From NCBI GenBank assembly GCA_001662655.1, contig KV460254.1: DNA of 64,000 nucleotides; one strand, 5' to 3'. Origin of the DNA: Pseudogymnoascus verrucosus. Its lineage: Eukaryota. Each line of letters starts with the position of its first letter. Position 1 is the stretch's first letter. A model generated the notes under the pieces. The model worked only from the letters and a program-made list of their open reading frames with translations. It had not been told where the DNA came from and ran no database searches. The translations under genes were made by a program, and so were the position numbers. Shown here piece after piece: positions 13,018 through 24,804 of this stretch.

Positions 13018-14901
13018 GCTGGTGGCGGGGGGATGGGACAGGAGGTAACCGGAGGATGGAAGGGGACAGGAGGACTGGAGGGGACAGACGGTAGGGGTTG
13101 GGGCGTGGAAGAGCGAGGCCTGTGTATCGAGGTATACCAGATGATGATGGGGTTTGAAATATGGGCTGGCATTAGGATGGCACACTGGTTTGTTGGTTTC
13201 TGTTTTTGGTTCGCCATTGCATACTAATTACCTCGCAGGCCAGTGACGGCACACTACAGAATTCAACTTGAGACAACGCAATACAGTACAGAGGAGAACA
13301 GCACAGGTCATAGCAGGTGATGGGCGTTTCGGGGGCTTAGCATTGATAGGGAGGTTGGATTAAAGGGTGGCTCAGGCCTAGGCGTTTAGGTGGCGGAATA
13401 GTTTATCGATCGCTTTCTTAGATAATTGGAATTGACTTCAACTTGGCACGTCTACATCTCATGCCCAACCACTCACACTGCCTGTTTCTCAGCACCCCCT
13501 AGTCCACAACATTAAGTGAAGTCCAGACAGACACTTCCCATCGTCTTGGGAATGTGGAACATGCACACCTCTTTGTGGCACAGCTTGACCAAGAGTACAT
13601 GATTCGGTGAGATTTTCCGATCTTAAAAACCGCATTTCAACGCTTCATAGCCCTGGATGCCTCTTCTGCACTGCCCCAGCCTACTACCCTCCATTTCCAA
13701 CAAAAAGGGCGATATACTGCTCACGTGATACCAAATTTTAAGGGACTGGGTCCATCCGCCAGGCACCAGCAGAGTCAAAAAACGACACTGCTCCCATTCC
13801 GCTCAGCGTTTGAGCCTTGCACTAAAAGATAACATGCGCCTCTTTAGAATGGGTCCCGGACACCGCCGTCTCCCGATAGAAGCCCAGTTCGCAATCGTAT
13901 TAGTTAGTGGTAAGGGTATTAGTTGGTCGTAAGGCTCAAAAGTTGATCTGAAAACTGGACTTAAAGGGAGCCCACACTCTGCCTCGTAGTACGGCACGGG
14001 CACGAGTGGTAAACAGAGGCGACACGTTCATTCTGAGTGACTTGCTGCGTACCTCCGAAGGCATGGTACTGACGGACAGCACTGCAATACTAATTCTAGT
14101 ATTTTGGTCGTCGTCTCTCACCGCTGGAAGGAGGAGGTTACAAGGCTGAGGCTGGGCGGGCGAGGCTGTACGTTACGTATCCGCGGCCTGAATTCTCGAC
14201 ACTTTGATTCGTTTTATCAACGCCCAATCATACCTGGATGAGTTTGAGCCTCAACCTGAACATAAGCATAATCCCTCATGAGTTGAGTGACAATGGGGTT
14301 GGCGGTCAACTAACTCTGGCTATTGTTGCAACTGATCCAAACAAGGGAAAGGGAATATAATGAATAACATGACCGAAATTTACACTTTGCGTATCCCGTG
14401 GAGGTTCGACAACCATGCCAACAGTTCGCAGTGGGTCTTCACTCACCGAAACCGCCCTTCTCCAGTCGGGATGCACGCTTAACCCGTTACTGTGAGGCTT
14501 TTTTCGGCGCAGTACCGTGGAAGCTGTAGTCTGCCTGGTTATGGTGTGGAACAGGCCTATCGATGGACTCTTTCAGTGGTAATCACTTGGCTTGGCCAAA
14601 GTCGCCTTCTTTCCGGGCACCGCAACGGTGGCATATAGGGTTAGATGCCTGTTGACCTGGCCGTTGTACCCCCCACTGTGGGATGCTGGGGCGAGCGTTC
14701 AAGTGAACTGCTTGGGTTTCAACGCTCCATGCGATCTAACGACCGCCTCGACTGGTTCAGGAGGTATGTTCGGGCGCTCTAGGTGACATGGCAGGCTCAT
14801 TTCGGTGAGTGAGATCGGATTTCTTATGTTTAGCCCTCACATTGGTCAATCGTGTTCCTATTTGTGGCACAGCAATAACGGTTCCTAATGGCATCCCTTG
14901 C

Positions 14902-14909
14902 TATATATA
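14902..14909 (+). promoter_or_regulatory. probable TATA element of the second zinc-ribbon micro-gene
   Basis: TATATATA about 195 nt upstream of ATG 15100. Confidence 0.4.
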
Positions 14910-15099
14910 CGATCTTAGAAGCCGATGAGGGTCAAAAGGCCAGACCAAAAACTCTCATCGCCATTGACATTGACATTTACTCTCACACTCTATTTCTATC
15001 TATCAATTGTGCCACCAATATATATTGCCCAGCAATATCACACCAACACCAACCAGCTTCCTCCCTACCGGCCGCAAAAGCTACAGCTCTGATACAACT

Positions 15100-15444
15100 A
15101 TGGACGGTGTGGCTCAAACTTCAAGATCTATTTCAGTTATGAATATGGCCGCTCCTCAACTCCCACATGAACTTTCCTTCGCCAACTCGAGCGATTCTAT
15201 GACAGCCTGCGGCGCTGGTCATGCACACTCGTTGAGCGATTGCATAAAGCACTGCTCCGATGTTTCCACCAACGACGCGGGCTTTGGAATGGGCTCAGAC
15301 TCAGGGATCCAGTCTCGCGGCGCCCCACGGCTTTGGCAGTGTTGCGAATGTAACGGAGCAGGGCAGACGGTCAACATCATCGCTTGCGCCGGCTGTACCC
15401 ACTATCGATGCGATTATTGCACTGTCTATGTATCACACAAATAG
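15100..15444 (+). CDS. 114-aa protein with C-terminal WxCCxC...CxxCxHxRCxxC zinc-ribbon motif
   Basis: LWQCCECNGAGQTVNIIACAGCTHYRCDYC, a motif I recognise from uncharacterised small ascomycete proteins. ATG at 15100 after a TATA and C/A-rich leader. Confidence 0.72.
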   Translation: MDGVAQTSRSISVMNMAAPQLPHELSFANSSDSMTACGAGHAHSLSDCIKHCSDVSTNDAGFGMGSDSGIQSRGAPRLWQCCECNGAGQTVNIIACAGCTHYRCDYCTVYVSHK

Positions 15445-16100
15445 TGTCTCTGCACCACCGCCATTGACGACAACCACCGGAGGCCATTCTTTGGGCTTTA
15501 CGAGGGAGCTAGGGTGCATTTTTTCAGTTACTATGGACTCGGTGTTTGGCATCATTTGGAATCAGCATGGGACGTTGCAAAGCGTTACGGGAATTTTTCG
15601 ACTTCATGGCAGAGCGAGCGGGATATAGCGGCGAAAGGGGCGGGGTTTTGGCATTTTTTTTGGGGCATTTTTGATATTATTTTCTGTCTTTGTGTTTCTT
15701 TTTTTAGCTGAGATTAAGAATTGGCGCGGCATCATCCATGATTGGCATTTGGTGTTTTTGCATTTGTTGGAACAGGCTTCATGTACGAACAGCTTACTAG
15801 AACAGATCGAACAGACTTGGATAACGGAACGAACTCGTTAGATTTAGACTCACCTCGCACACGGCGCCTGCATTTGTTTTTTGAGTTTGTCATTATTTAA
15901 TACAGTATTGCTTAGACTATTAACTTGTTTGTTACTGATATTGACATCGATACCCGGAGTGAAACATGAGCAATCCTAGACATCATAGAAACCACAAAAC
16001 GTTATTCTATCTCCAAACAAGAAAACAATTCGAGACAAACGGCTTCCACTTGTGCCCTAAAACAGCCCCTCTAACAGCTCCTCCAACTCAGCATCTCAGC

Positions 16101-16847
16101 TCATTTTGGGCTCCACATCATGATACCACCCTCGTCGTCCTTGCTGTCACCAATCTTCGTAACAAACCTGTCCAGCAGGTCGAACCCAATACTGCGATAA
16201 AGACGCTCCCCCATCATGCTCGCCTCCAGTGAAACTGGCACGCCCTCTTTCTGCGCCTGCTCCAGCACCCACGCCATCAGTTTCTTCCCCACGCCCCTTC
16301 CTCGCCATTGCTCCGCCACAACAACACTCTGCACATACCACCGATTATTCCTATCCTCCCTGTCCTTCCAGTGCTTCTCATACTCCAACACCCCAGCCTT
16401 ACTAAATTCCGCTTTCCCTTCGGCGCTCTCACTCCGATTTGGAAACACATATGCCGCACACTTCAAATAAACGCCATATCCCCACTCCACCAACCCCGAC
16501 CACCACTTCTTCTCTTCCTTCTCTACCTGCAGCGCTCCCTCATCGTCCCCGAGCCGAACGCACTGCATATACCCGACCGTCTCCCCATCTCCTACGGCAA
16601 CAAACCCCCTATTCCTGGGGCTCACCATGCGGTTCTTGATCCGTCTTTCAAACCACAGTAAATGATCCTCTGGGTATGACGCTCGGTGAGGTGTAGTCAA
16701 ATCCGAAATTGGCTCGTTCCAATATGCGACTTGCGCGAGCTCTCCTGTACGCTTTGCATCCGCCCATACCATGGGGCGGATTTCCACAGAAGACGACGCA
16801 CTTGCAGGCGGTGGTACCGGCCGGGTTGGAGGCAGTGGAAGAGGCAT
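16101..16847 (-). CDS. GNAT-family N-acetyltransferase
   Basis: Acetyl-CoA binding motif A VVVAEQWRGRGVGKKL and motif B LEASMMGERLYRSIGF. Intronless, 248 aa. Confidence 0.9.
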   Translation of the reverse strand: MPLPLPPTRPVPPPASASSSVEIRPMVWADAKRTGELAQVAYWNEPISDLTTPHRASYPEDHLLWFERRIKNRMVSPRNRGFVAVGDGETVGYMQCVRLGDDEGALQVEKEEKKWWSGLVEWGYGVYLKCAAYVFPNRSESAEGKAEFSKAGVLEYEKHWKDREDRNNRWYVQSVVVAEQWRGRGVGKKLMAWVLEQAQKEGVPVSLEASMMGERLYRSIGFDLLDRFVTKIGDSKDDEGGIMMWSPK

Positions 16848-17565
16848 TTTAGAGGCGTTTTTCTGCCGTGTGCGTGCCGATTTTTTTTATTTGATAGAGA
16901 AGTTGATAGAGTTCTTTGATGAGTTGGAAAGAGAGCGGGAGGGGGTTGCTATTGTTATAACTTTTCTATTGTGATAAGTCAAAATTCTCACGTGAGCGGG
17001 ATTTTTATTTTGCCGCGAGTGAGTCAGGCGGGGAATCTGGCCCGGTTTGGGTGTGTTGCTTACATCGGACCTGCCTCTTTGGGAACTCTATAAAATGCCC
17101 TGTAGTGCCCAAAGCGCACGATTACTGTAGTATGCGTCCGGTGTAGATGGGCGATTTTAGGTGCATGGGCACCTATATGGCCTAGACTGCGTTGCAATGG
17201 AATGTCCAGCTTACTAGGTGGGTAACACAACGTGGTATGCTTACGATGCAAGCGACTCTATGTGATCTAGAGGTATAATAATGTGAGGGTTCCTGGTGTA
17301 TTTGTGGATAGGTTTTCGGATCCGGTCCAACATTCTTAAAAGCTAGAGTTGTTGTGGATTGGCGCTATTTTTGGAATTCAGTAATATGTTGCTAACTTGT
17401 GCGAGAGAGAAGGGGTCAAATAACAATATTATATTCAAAGCTATGATTACTTATTTGGGTATTCTAGCATGGCCAAGATATTTGGCTGCAAGGTAGCAAA
17501 CGCCGTGGCTTAGGTATCATATAACCGTTTCATGATTGGGTGGCCATCCCTTCGTTTCCTATCAT

Positions 17566-20119
17566 CTAAACCTTAAACCCACCTGGTGGATCATCACGCA
17601 CAGCTTCAATCACTGCCTCTCGCATAGTTCTCCTTGGAGCGCGTCGGCCGGTCATAAGCTCGAACTGAGCAATACCCTGCTCGGGCAGGACGTCTAAGAA
17701 GTCGACGATGACCCATGCTTGCCCAGTGCGGGCGCGAAGGTCGCGGATTTGTCTCACAAGGTGAGTTTCAGTGTGGCGATATGCCAGCTGTCAGGTGAGT
17801 AAAGTCAGTCTCAATAATCTATAATCCTCATAGAGAGATCGGTGATGTACATACCTCCATGACAACGCCGCCTGTGGGACTCTGCAGCCACTGTTCGGGC
17901 ATCTCAAACGAAGGGACGGGTTGGTTTTCGACACTGTGCGCGGGGAGGCACGACACGATAAGGGTGGGTGGACGCAGACCTGCGGGCCATGGCTCATCTC
18001 TTGATGGCAGCACCGTGACGACTGGAAGCTCGAACCTGAGCTGTCCGGCCCAGGCATTGAAGTGGTCGGCTACTGCAATAGCATTGGCAAGCGTGCGATT
18101 GAAAATGAAGATTCGACGGCAGCCAAGGCGTATAAGTGCATAGATGGCGGAACGGGCCATGCCTCCTGCGCCAATGATGAGACCAGTAGTCTTGGATGGC
18201 TGGACGGCATTCCGCGGCGACCCATTGCGACGAATCGATGTCATGATGCCGATCCAATCTGTGTTGTCACCGTAAAGGGCAACACATTGACCGGAACGCT
18301 TGGGTTCGGTGGCTTGTAAGGCGAGGGACTGTGTAGACGAGGGCAGTGCGCGCAACGGGACGACGGTGTTCACGGACCCAATGGCGTGGGCATGGTAGCT
18401 GACAGCGGAGAGGTGGGGTACTATGTCCATGCGAAGTGGTTGGTTGGTCGCGGAACCACCGAAATTGGGTTCGTTCGCAAGGCGAAGGAAGTCTTCGACG
18501 GAAGAGGTTTGATTAATGCTATAATCATGCGGCATACCGCAAACTTTATAAGCAGCCCCGTGCATCGCGGGAGAGAGACTGTAGGAGACCATAGCCCCAC
18601 TGATATAGAAGTGGAGGGGCTGAAAGATGGACTTGTGGAACAGTCTTCGAAGAGCCTCTTCCGATGTGAGGCGACTGGTGGTTGGAGTCCTAGTTCGGTC
18701 GAGGACAGGATGGGTGACGGGCGAGAAAATCTTGTTCAGCGCCAGAGTTTCAATTCCGATGCTACCTGCATTATATGCTATAATGGGTAGGTGCGGTGCA
18801 GGGAGTTCTGCTGTTTTCTCCCAGAATATCTTGATGTCGTCGTTATCTTTCAACGTCTTCGCTGTTTGGACAAGTCTGACAATGTCAAAACTGAAGGACT
18901 GGGCTCGACTATAAAGCGCTAGCCGATCTGATTGCAGCCATCCAGAAGGAGGAGGCCTTCCATCATAGTAATGGGCAATGACTTTTGTCCTGCCCTTCTC
19001 ACTGAGGGGTCGTCTGATGTTGCGATCCTCAAAATTCAAATCTATAGCGATGTAGTCGACACCAAGGCGCAGGCCTTGCTCAAGTAAAATGACAGCGATT
19101 TCTTGAGTGAATGGAATGCGAGCCTCTTGACCTACACTTGGCTGGCCTGATTTTGTATGGTCCTCAAGGTCCACCACACTGAGTATGATGGGAACCCCTA
19201 TTTGCCTGCGAATCACGGCCACCAGCTTTGATATCACAGATAGCATACTTGCTGTCCACGTATCGATTTTCAGCTCCACGACATCACCGCCGCCTGATTC
19301 TAACTCAGACATGTCGATGTTTGAAGCGATTAAGTCTGAAAGAGATAAGGACAAGGCAAAGGTATATTGCCTTTTCTCAGGCGGCACAGCTCCAATCGAG
19401 AGTGGATTTTCGAGAGCAGCTAACCCATACCCATTGTTAGTGATGAAGTCAAGAAACCCGGAAAAGTCCTTTTTAGCATCTTTTAAGCCAAAGGAATAAT
19501 TTGGATTTGCTCGGTCCAGAGGGCTGTCGGTGCCATTAGCCTCGCAGCTTGGGTCGTGTAAATTATAGTACTCGAAATTTGAACAAGATCGGTGCACCGA
19601 GTCAGCCCGCTCAAGCCGGCGCCCTTCATCCTCGGAAAGACCGAGAAGGTAACGAATGCGGTTGAAGTTCCGAACGATATGGACCACAGGATGTGATAGA
19701 GAGTATTCCTTCAGCGTCTCTTGGGCTTCCTTGGCCAAGCTTCCCATTCCGCATTCGATAATGCAATTGGATGTGTTCTCCTTTAACATTTTCTGGAGGG
19801 CATAGATGTTCTTCCTCTTAAACTCTTGCTGCCCATGCTCAGATAAAAAGGCCTTCCTAGATAGTCCCGTGACTTCTTCGAAATATTGATCTTCTGTGAT
19901 GAGCCGGCGACCAAGGTGGATAGCTCCAATGAAACCCAGCGACCGTTTGCCTGATCCACGGCAACCAACGAGGACAATAGTAGCATTAGGGGCAAATTCT
20001 CGCCGGCCTTGCGGAGATTTTACACGATAAAGCTCGCCGATTTCAGCCAAAACTGCGTTCCTATCCTGGAGCGCTTCCATATCAGTAGTGGGGGAAGCCG
20101 CCATGATTGGAGGATTCAT
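17566..20119 (-). CDS. qutR: quinate-pathway repressor-like protein (QutR/QA-1S; shikimate kinase-, type I DHQase- and shikimate dehydrogenase-like domains), ~828 aa
   Basis: IVLVGCRGSGKRSLG (SK-like). DVVELKID, LRLGVDYI, DIVRLV (DHQase I-like). YSLSPAMH, GSVNTV, GDNTDWIGI, GAGGMAR, EQGIAQFELMTGRRAP (SDH-like). One GT-AG intron 17854-17788. Lacks the DHQ synthase/EPSPS parts of AROM. Confidence 0.88.
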
Positions 20120-20752
20120 TTTCTCGTGAGTCTAACAATGCAAGACTTTATTAGGCGGTAGTCTTGATCAAACTTTCGCCCCAACATATCTAGATGCATA
20201 ATAGGGCCTCATAAACTTATAGATGTTTTATTTCTCCAGAATTGTTGTTTTGCAAATCATGTCGTGCGACGTCAACTCCGATCCTTTGGTTAGTCAGCAA
20301 CGCAAAACCGGGTAAAGTATCTCCCCGTGGTAGCCGGATCTAACATCCCCAGATTGATCGGCCATGAGTGCCGGGGTTACATCACAACAATATCTGACCT
20401 TACCTTAACCACCAATTATCTCCGACTTGAGTAACGGTAGAGGCCGTGGCATATGAGGCTCCAGTTTAAAGGCTTATCATATCAGAAACCGCGTCTTGTC
20501 CGCCCTCCAACGCAACAATTCCTAGGCGCCGGGAACTGCTCCATATATGGCACAAGCCGCCTTCCTTGAAGTATTCAATTTGAAGGACGAATCTATCCTT
20601 GGCGACCAGAATTCTGGGACGGTCAAGAATGGGCCAGCTCGAGAATAAATTTGGAAGAGAGAACATACCCTCTTGGGCACACACCAATGGTGGCGGTTTC
20701 GTAAAGGGCATTCTGTTGTAGAAGGCTGCCCGCGCAGCTCGCAAACGAGACG

Positions 20753-23185
20753 ATGAGTCCTCCCGCAGTTCAGCGCAAACGCGTGGCTCAGGCCTGCGAC
20801 CGATGCCGGAGCAGGAAAGATAAATGTGACGGCGCGAAGCCCGTCTGCTCAGCCTGTGCAGTACGAGGGCATTCGTGCTCTTATGACCCAGCCGTAAAGA
20901 AAAGAGGGCTTCCGGAGGGGTATGTACGAGGACTGGAGAACCTTTGGGGCTTTACGATACGGGAGGCACCGGAAGTCGAAGCAAATGTGATTTCCTTGAT
21001 GGAGCAGAGGCACGGAACAGACGCTCTACCACGAGGCTGGAACAGCAAAGATGGCGAGGCATTGTCGGATACATGGAGGAAAAGCCGTTTATCTCGAGAA
21101 TTAGACTCGCTCCTCCCGCTTCTTGATATAACTGATGACAGGCCGGCGAAGAGGAGACGCCAAGATAGCTCCTTTACCCCACCGACTGAGGCTTCCGCAT
21201 TCGATCCCGCATTTGTACCCCCTCGCGAAACATATCCGGTGAAAGGAGAGCAGCAAACCTCCTCTGCCATATTTCCTGCGCCGATTTTCAATGGCGCCTC
21301 GTCTTCAGAGGCAATGAAGCTCACAGATTCCCAACAAATTCACCTTCCCCACAATGCCTGGGAGCTTCTTGATGTATATTTCTCTTATACTCATTGCTGG
21401 TTACCAATTATTGAGAAACATAACTCTCTGCGGGCATCTTATCTCTATCCTACATCAATCTCCTCGTCCATGCCGGGTTCTGGAGACCATGCAGCCTTAT
21501 GGGCGATATTGGCCTACGCAGAATGTCATCAGGCTATTATACGGAGAAACATGACACACGGTCTTCAGCAAAACGACCCTTGGATGGCAAGTGATACGTA
21601 TAAAACTGCCCGAAGCCTTATCCCAGATGAAGACGGCGTCTTTGAGCTTGGACACATTCAAAGTCTACTTATTCTCACCCTTCTAAATATGGGCATGAAT
21701 AGATGGAAGCAAGCATGGTCACTCATTGGTCAGGCAGTTCGCATGGCACTTGAGCTTCGTCTTGAAAAGTGTCCAGATGATGCCAAGTCCAGGAATAGGC
21801 ATACGTTCTTCGGTTGCTTTGTATTGGAAACTCTTGTGGCAGCTCGACTAAACAGAAGCCCTCATCTCCGAGCGCAAGATGCGTTGAACTGCGGCCTGTT
21901 GCTTGAGGATGGCTCGGATGAGTGGAGCCCATGGGTAGACAGCATCGGGATTCGTCGAAACAGTGAAAGCTCTTCTCGAGGTCCCGCTTCGACCCTGAGT
22001 ACATTTAATCGGTTGGTTCAAATATCGGCAGTGTTAAATGCCATTGTCTGCGGATACTCTATTGGAGCCGAGGACCATGGGAAGTTTGACCTACTGCTCC
22101 GTAAATTCGGCTGGGACTCAAAAGCTCTGGACAAACCTGGCCCCCCACTTCTTCCTCATCAGTACCATCTCAGCTGCCTTTATAGCGCCACGCGCGCTCC
22201 TGTGCATGCACACCAACGCGGACAGGCAAGCCGGGCAGAGGAGTCCCTTCCCGACCTACTTGATGGCCTTCGGAAAAATTATGGGCTCGCTGCTGTTCCT
22301 CCTACCTTTGATTGTCTAGCCCATGTTTATATCCGGCAGTACGCTTCCCATGGAAGAACTGTGGCTTCTGAGGAGGCCTTAAATAGCCTGGAGGAGTTAT
22401 TAACTGAAATGGCGCAGACATGGCCTACGTTCCAAGACACCCTCTTGGAGCTGGGTAAGTTCCGGTCTTCAATGTCTGGAGCGAATGTTCCGCTCTCACG
22501 ATTCAGTAACCTCCCGAATACCAACCCAACCACTACAGTTGGGAAAGATATTAATTTAAAGGAAAGTCGACCGCAGAGACATCCGTCACTTGATGAGCCT
22601 ATGAACACGCCGAGTTCATCAGAATACACTTCGTCCGGACAAGCAATTCTTGAAGCTGCGATACAGTTCGACCCCTCGTTACTATTGATGGACGATGAAA
22701 TAAAGCCAATAAGCACTCCCTGGTCCTTGCCAGTTGGAAATCTTACCCTAGCAGCCAATTCTCCCAATATACCTCAGCCAAGCGGAGGCCCGGCGTCGCT
22801 ACCATACTACCCGATGTTTGACTCCCAGACCGATGATGACGCTCTCTTTAACGAGTTCGCAACCTTGGATGCCATGAAATGGCAAGTTCTCACACTCACC
22901 TTGCACTTTTAACCCGCTAACTAACAACGCAGGACCAATAACTGGGACCAGAGCCTCCAGAACCTCGGTTTCACAGACCTGGATAATATGAAGCAAGACT
23001 TCCACGCTTTCTTCCAAGAGCCAAATCTTCGACCCTCCAATGAGCATGATATGGGCGATCATTTAATGGCTGGCTCCGCGGCCCTAATGGAGTACCCAAG
23101 TCCGCACATGGAAGCTAGTCAGATTCTGCAGGCACTCTCTGCGTCCGAGATCCCAGTGCTGCCAAGTCGTCAAGATGGAGGCTGA
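20753..23185 (+). CDS. qutA: Zn(II)2Cys6 transcription activator, QutA/QA-1F-like, ~793 aa
   Basis: RKRVAQACDRCRSRKDKCDGAKPVCSAC...CSY...KKRGLPEGYVRGLE. Fungal TF middle region YFSYTHCWLPIIEK. C-terminal LFNEFATLDAMKW|TNNWDQSLQNLGF joined across a GC-AG intron 22882-22932. Divergent from the qutR-like gene, as in qa/qut clusters. Confidence 0.85.
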
Positions 23186-24084
23186 CTTGTAAGTCGATGC
23201 GATGGCATCTCAATAATTTCTATTTGGTAGAGGCTTTATTATGACCCTGTACTCCATCGTGCGCCACAATCAACTATATGGTTGCGGTTAAACAGCGAGG
23301 AGGACGCGGTGTATCTGTGCGGGATCACATATCGTGAATATGGTCTCCACAAGCGTGAAGATGGCAACTATGCCTCCTCAGTGTGTCCAAGGGCATAGAC
23401 TAACGTCGAAACATTACCTGTTTTTCCCACAGGGGACAAAGGTGAAGGGGACGTGTGGATCTCAAGGGACGGCTGGAGGAGGTATACCTTCGTCAGGCAG
23501 TCGTGGCGTAATAACGTCTAAACTTCGAAGCCTGGGATATGTAGGATAGATATTAGGGATTAGGCATGGTGTTGTATCCGTTGTAATACTGTGTATGTCA
23601 CCATCTATAGCCAACTGCTATTTGCATAATACATGGGTAGCTGGAATGTGATAAAGTTACGTAGAGGGTTTTCTCCCGAAGAGGCATTTATCGTCGGAGC
23701 TTCGCAAATAAATTTGGAATTGAAGCCCAAAAGTAGCGTCTATAGATTAGAAGTAGTTTCCCTATAATATTCTTAAACTTGTCGCCATGAATTTGCAATT
23801 TCACTTCGCAGACGTTGGCGTGGCGAGCCTCAATCGACACCCCTACCAATAAATTTGTCAAGCTACCACAACCTTCCCGAGGCCAAGGCCAAACCTTAAT
23901 ATTGACTGAACCACATAACTCCGGGCCAGCCAACAACACAGCATCGCATTGATACCCTCAGACACCGCGCAATCCGACGCAATAACCTCAATCCCATTAC
24001 CTTCGTGCGCTAATCCAATACAAACCACCACATCCCACGCGCATCCAACCACACCCCCGCCAATCCCGCACCCTCCACGCAACA

Positions 24085-24506
24085 ATGCCCTCCTCCTGCA
24101 AAGACATCCGTACGTCCCCCCACCCCCCTCCTCCTCCCTCCCACACTAACCCACCCCAGGCGAAGCCCTCGCGCAATGCCTCCAGCAATCCGACTGCATA
24201 ATGATCCAACGGAACACCCCAGCCGACTGTCTGCGTCCGCCGCTCATCGACACCCTGCCTACGCAGTGCCAGCAGCTTAAGAGGGGATACGGCGAGTGCA
24301 AGCGCGGGATGGTCGATATGCGCAAGCGGTTCCGCGGGAACCAGCCTATTGCGATGGGGAAGTTGGGAGAGCCGGAGAAGAAGAGCGGGCAGCTTTATGC
24401 TGGGAAGGCGGCGTTTGGGGGGGTCAAGGAGACGAGTGGCGATGAGCCGGAGCCGAGGGATTGGAGGGAGGTGGAGAATGAGAAGTTTAGGGAGGGGAAG
24501 GCGTAG
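24085..24506 (+). CDS. PET191: cytochrome c oxidase assembly protein Pet191/COA5
   Basis: MPSSCKDI|REALAQCLQQSDC...ADCLRPPL...CQQLKRGYGECKRGMVDMRKRFRGN (twin CX9C-like). Intron 24110-24159. Confidence 0.92.
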
Positions 24507-24804
24507 GTTTTGGCTTGGGGCTTGGAAAATGGGTGTGCGAAAGAGGATAGGGTATAACATGGGCGGCGTTCTGAGGGAAAATATCACCTAGAGGCCGCTT
24601 TGCATTGCTGGCGTTCATACATCTTTGGATATACTGTACTATACATACTCACAACCGTGTACAATCAACAAGCGCGCAAGGCAATACGAGCGATTTATTC
24701 GGAATCAGACATGCCATGTGTTCCTTCCTACTATATCATCTATACACGATTTTGGTATTCGTACAGTTCCCGTTCACGTCTCAAAAGCAAAATCTAGCTC
24801 TTTC

